A stretch of 34,060 bases of DNA from contig NC_068996.1 of NCBI RefSeq assembly GCF_001194135.2, forward strand, positions 14,116,490 through 14,150,549. The letters are read 5' to 3'. The translations under genes were made by a program, and so were the position numbers. This document shows positions 33,166-34,060 of this stretch, in pieces (position 1 is the stretch's first letter; the number at the start of each line of letters is the position of its first letter). The notes under the pieces are model-generated. The model was not told where the DNA came from and did no database searches. It saw nothing but the letters and a program-made list of their open reading frames with translations. This DNA is from Octopus bimaculoides. Taxonomy: Eukaryota.

Positions 33166-34060
33166 ATGCCACCTAAAAATAACCCCAATCTTCCAGAGAA
33201 AGTCACCAATGAGACCATCCTAAAAGAACTCAAAACACTTAACACACACCTACTCACACTTTCCAACAAAATTTATGAACTTCTCCTTCAAACCCAAGAT
33301 ATCCCAGTAAACAACCCACATCAACATCTTTCGGATAAGGTTAAGGAAAACCTAAATGAAATTAGCACTACACTAAAAACTTTAATTACCAACTCATTAT
33401 GGAAGGAACCGCATACATCATCCAACGCACAGAAAGAACGCACTTTAACTCCAGCACTACACGTCAAAAACCAGATCAAATCTACCTGGACCAAGAAACT
33501 GCACAACAGAAAACTCCTCTTCTGGAACATGCTTAAAAACCACAACAAAGCTGAAATTTATGACAAATGGTTAAACTCTTCTCCCATCATACTACCCCGT
33601 AAATTCCAAATTAAACACATCACAGATGAACCAGAAGAACAACGTTCCCTAAGAGAAAAAGTGGCATCAGAAAAAATGAAAACGGAAGTGGAACTTTTAA
33701 AACTCAGAGCACAAAATCACGAACAAAAATACACAAGAATTGATGATGAGATGCTCTTAGAACTTACCACACACTCCAACGAGCAATCCCCCGAACATGT
33801 TATTAAGTTATTGAAAGATGAATGTCAAAAGGAAGAACTAACTTCCCTTAAACACTGGGAAAACAACAAAAAATTCTTCCATAACTATGAAACACAATTC
33901 ATATTAAACCTCAAATCAAAAAACCCCTTCATAAAAGGACCCATAATACATACTACCACTGCTCCCCACAAACACCACCCCAAACCACACTACAAACACA
34001 CATACCCCCTACCTACCTCCACACAAAACACATCCTCTCCCAAACCTACAAAAACCCTTT
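33166..34060 (+). CDS. Uninterrupted ORF of at least 298 codons, truncated by the window edge; probably a non-LTR retroelement N-terminal/ORF1-like protein
   Basis: ATG at 33166, hand-translated with no stop to 34060: MPPKNNPNLPEKVTNETILKELKTL...WTKKLHNRKLLFWNMLKNHNKAEIYDKWLNSSPIILPRKF...EVELLKLRAQNHEQKYTRIDDEM...KDECQKEELTSLKHW... then a Pro/His/Thr-rich tail; A/C-rich, G-poor sense strand. Product assignment is inference. Confidence 0.65.
   Translation, partial: MPPKNNPNLPEKVTNETILKELKTLNTHLLTLSNKIYELLLQTQDIPVNNPHQHLSDKVKENLNEISTTLKTLITNSLWKEPHTSSNAQKERTLTPALHVKNQIKSTWTKKLHNRKLLFWNMLKNHNKAEIYDKWLNSSPIILPRKFQIKHITDEPEEQRSLREKVASEKMKTEVELLKLRAQNHEQKYTRIDDEMLLELTTHSNEQSPEHVIKLLKDECQKEELTSLKHWENNKKFFHNYETQFILNLKSKNPFIKGPIIHTTTAPHKHHPKPHYKHTYPLPTSTQNTSSPKPTKTL

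Overview
AT-rich, microsatellite-saturated eukaryotic non-coding DNA. About 6 kb of it is N-gaps, almost all flanked by (TA)n/(CA)n tracts. The tRNA-headed SINE family and the repeat landscape look like an Octopus genome; this is inference from recalled repeat sequences, not a search. No host gene can be supported, and nearly all entries in the ORF track are microsatellite or N artefacts. Real content: about 13 copies or fragments of one tRNA-derived SINE; one second-family SINE with a 17-bp TSD; several decayed CR1-like LINE pieces (one with YADD); four decayed Tc1/mariner elements (a mariner, two maT-like, one with DD37D spacing, and one DD36E); several inverted-repeat (MITE/foldback) elements; and an uninterrupted ORF of at least 298 codons running off the right edge that the ORF track missed. 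Most interesting signals: (1) a near-canonical minimal type I hammerhead ribozyme with palindromic stem III inside a ~45-bp inverted-repeat module (6094-6367), plus two other decayed hammerhead-like motifs; (2) a 596-bp foldback element with 37-bp TIRs, an 8-bp TSD and a symmetric (TAACCC)7-(GGGTTA)7 telomeric core; (3) palindromes of unique sequence centred on self-complementary microsatellites; (4) a 3' tail shared between the SINE and the CR1-like LINE.
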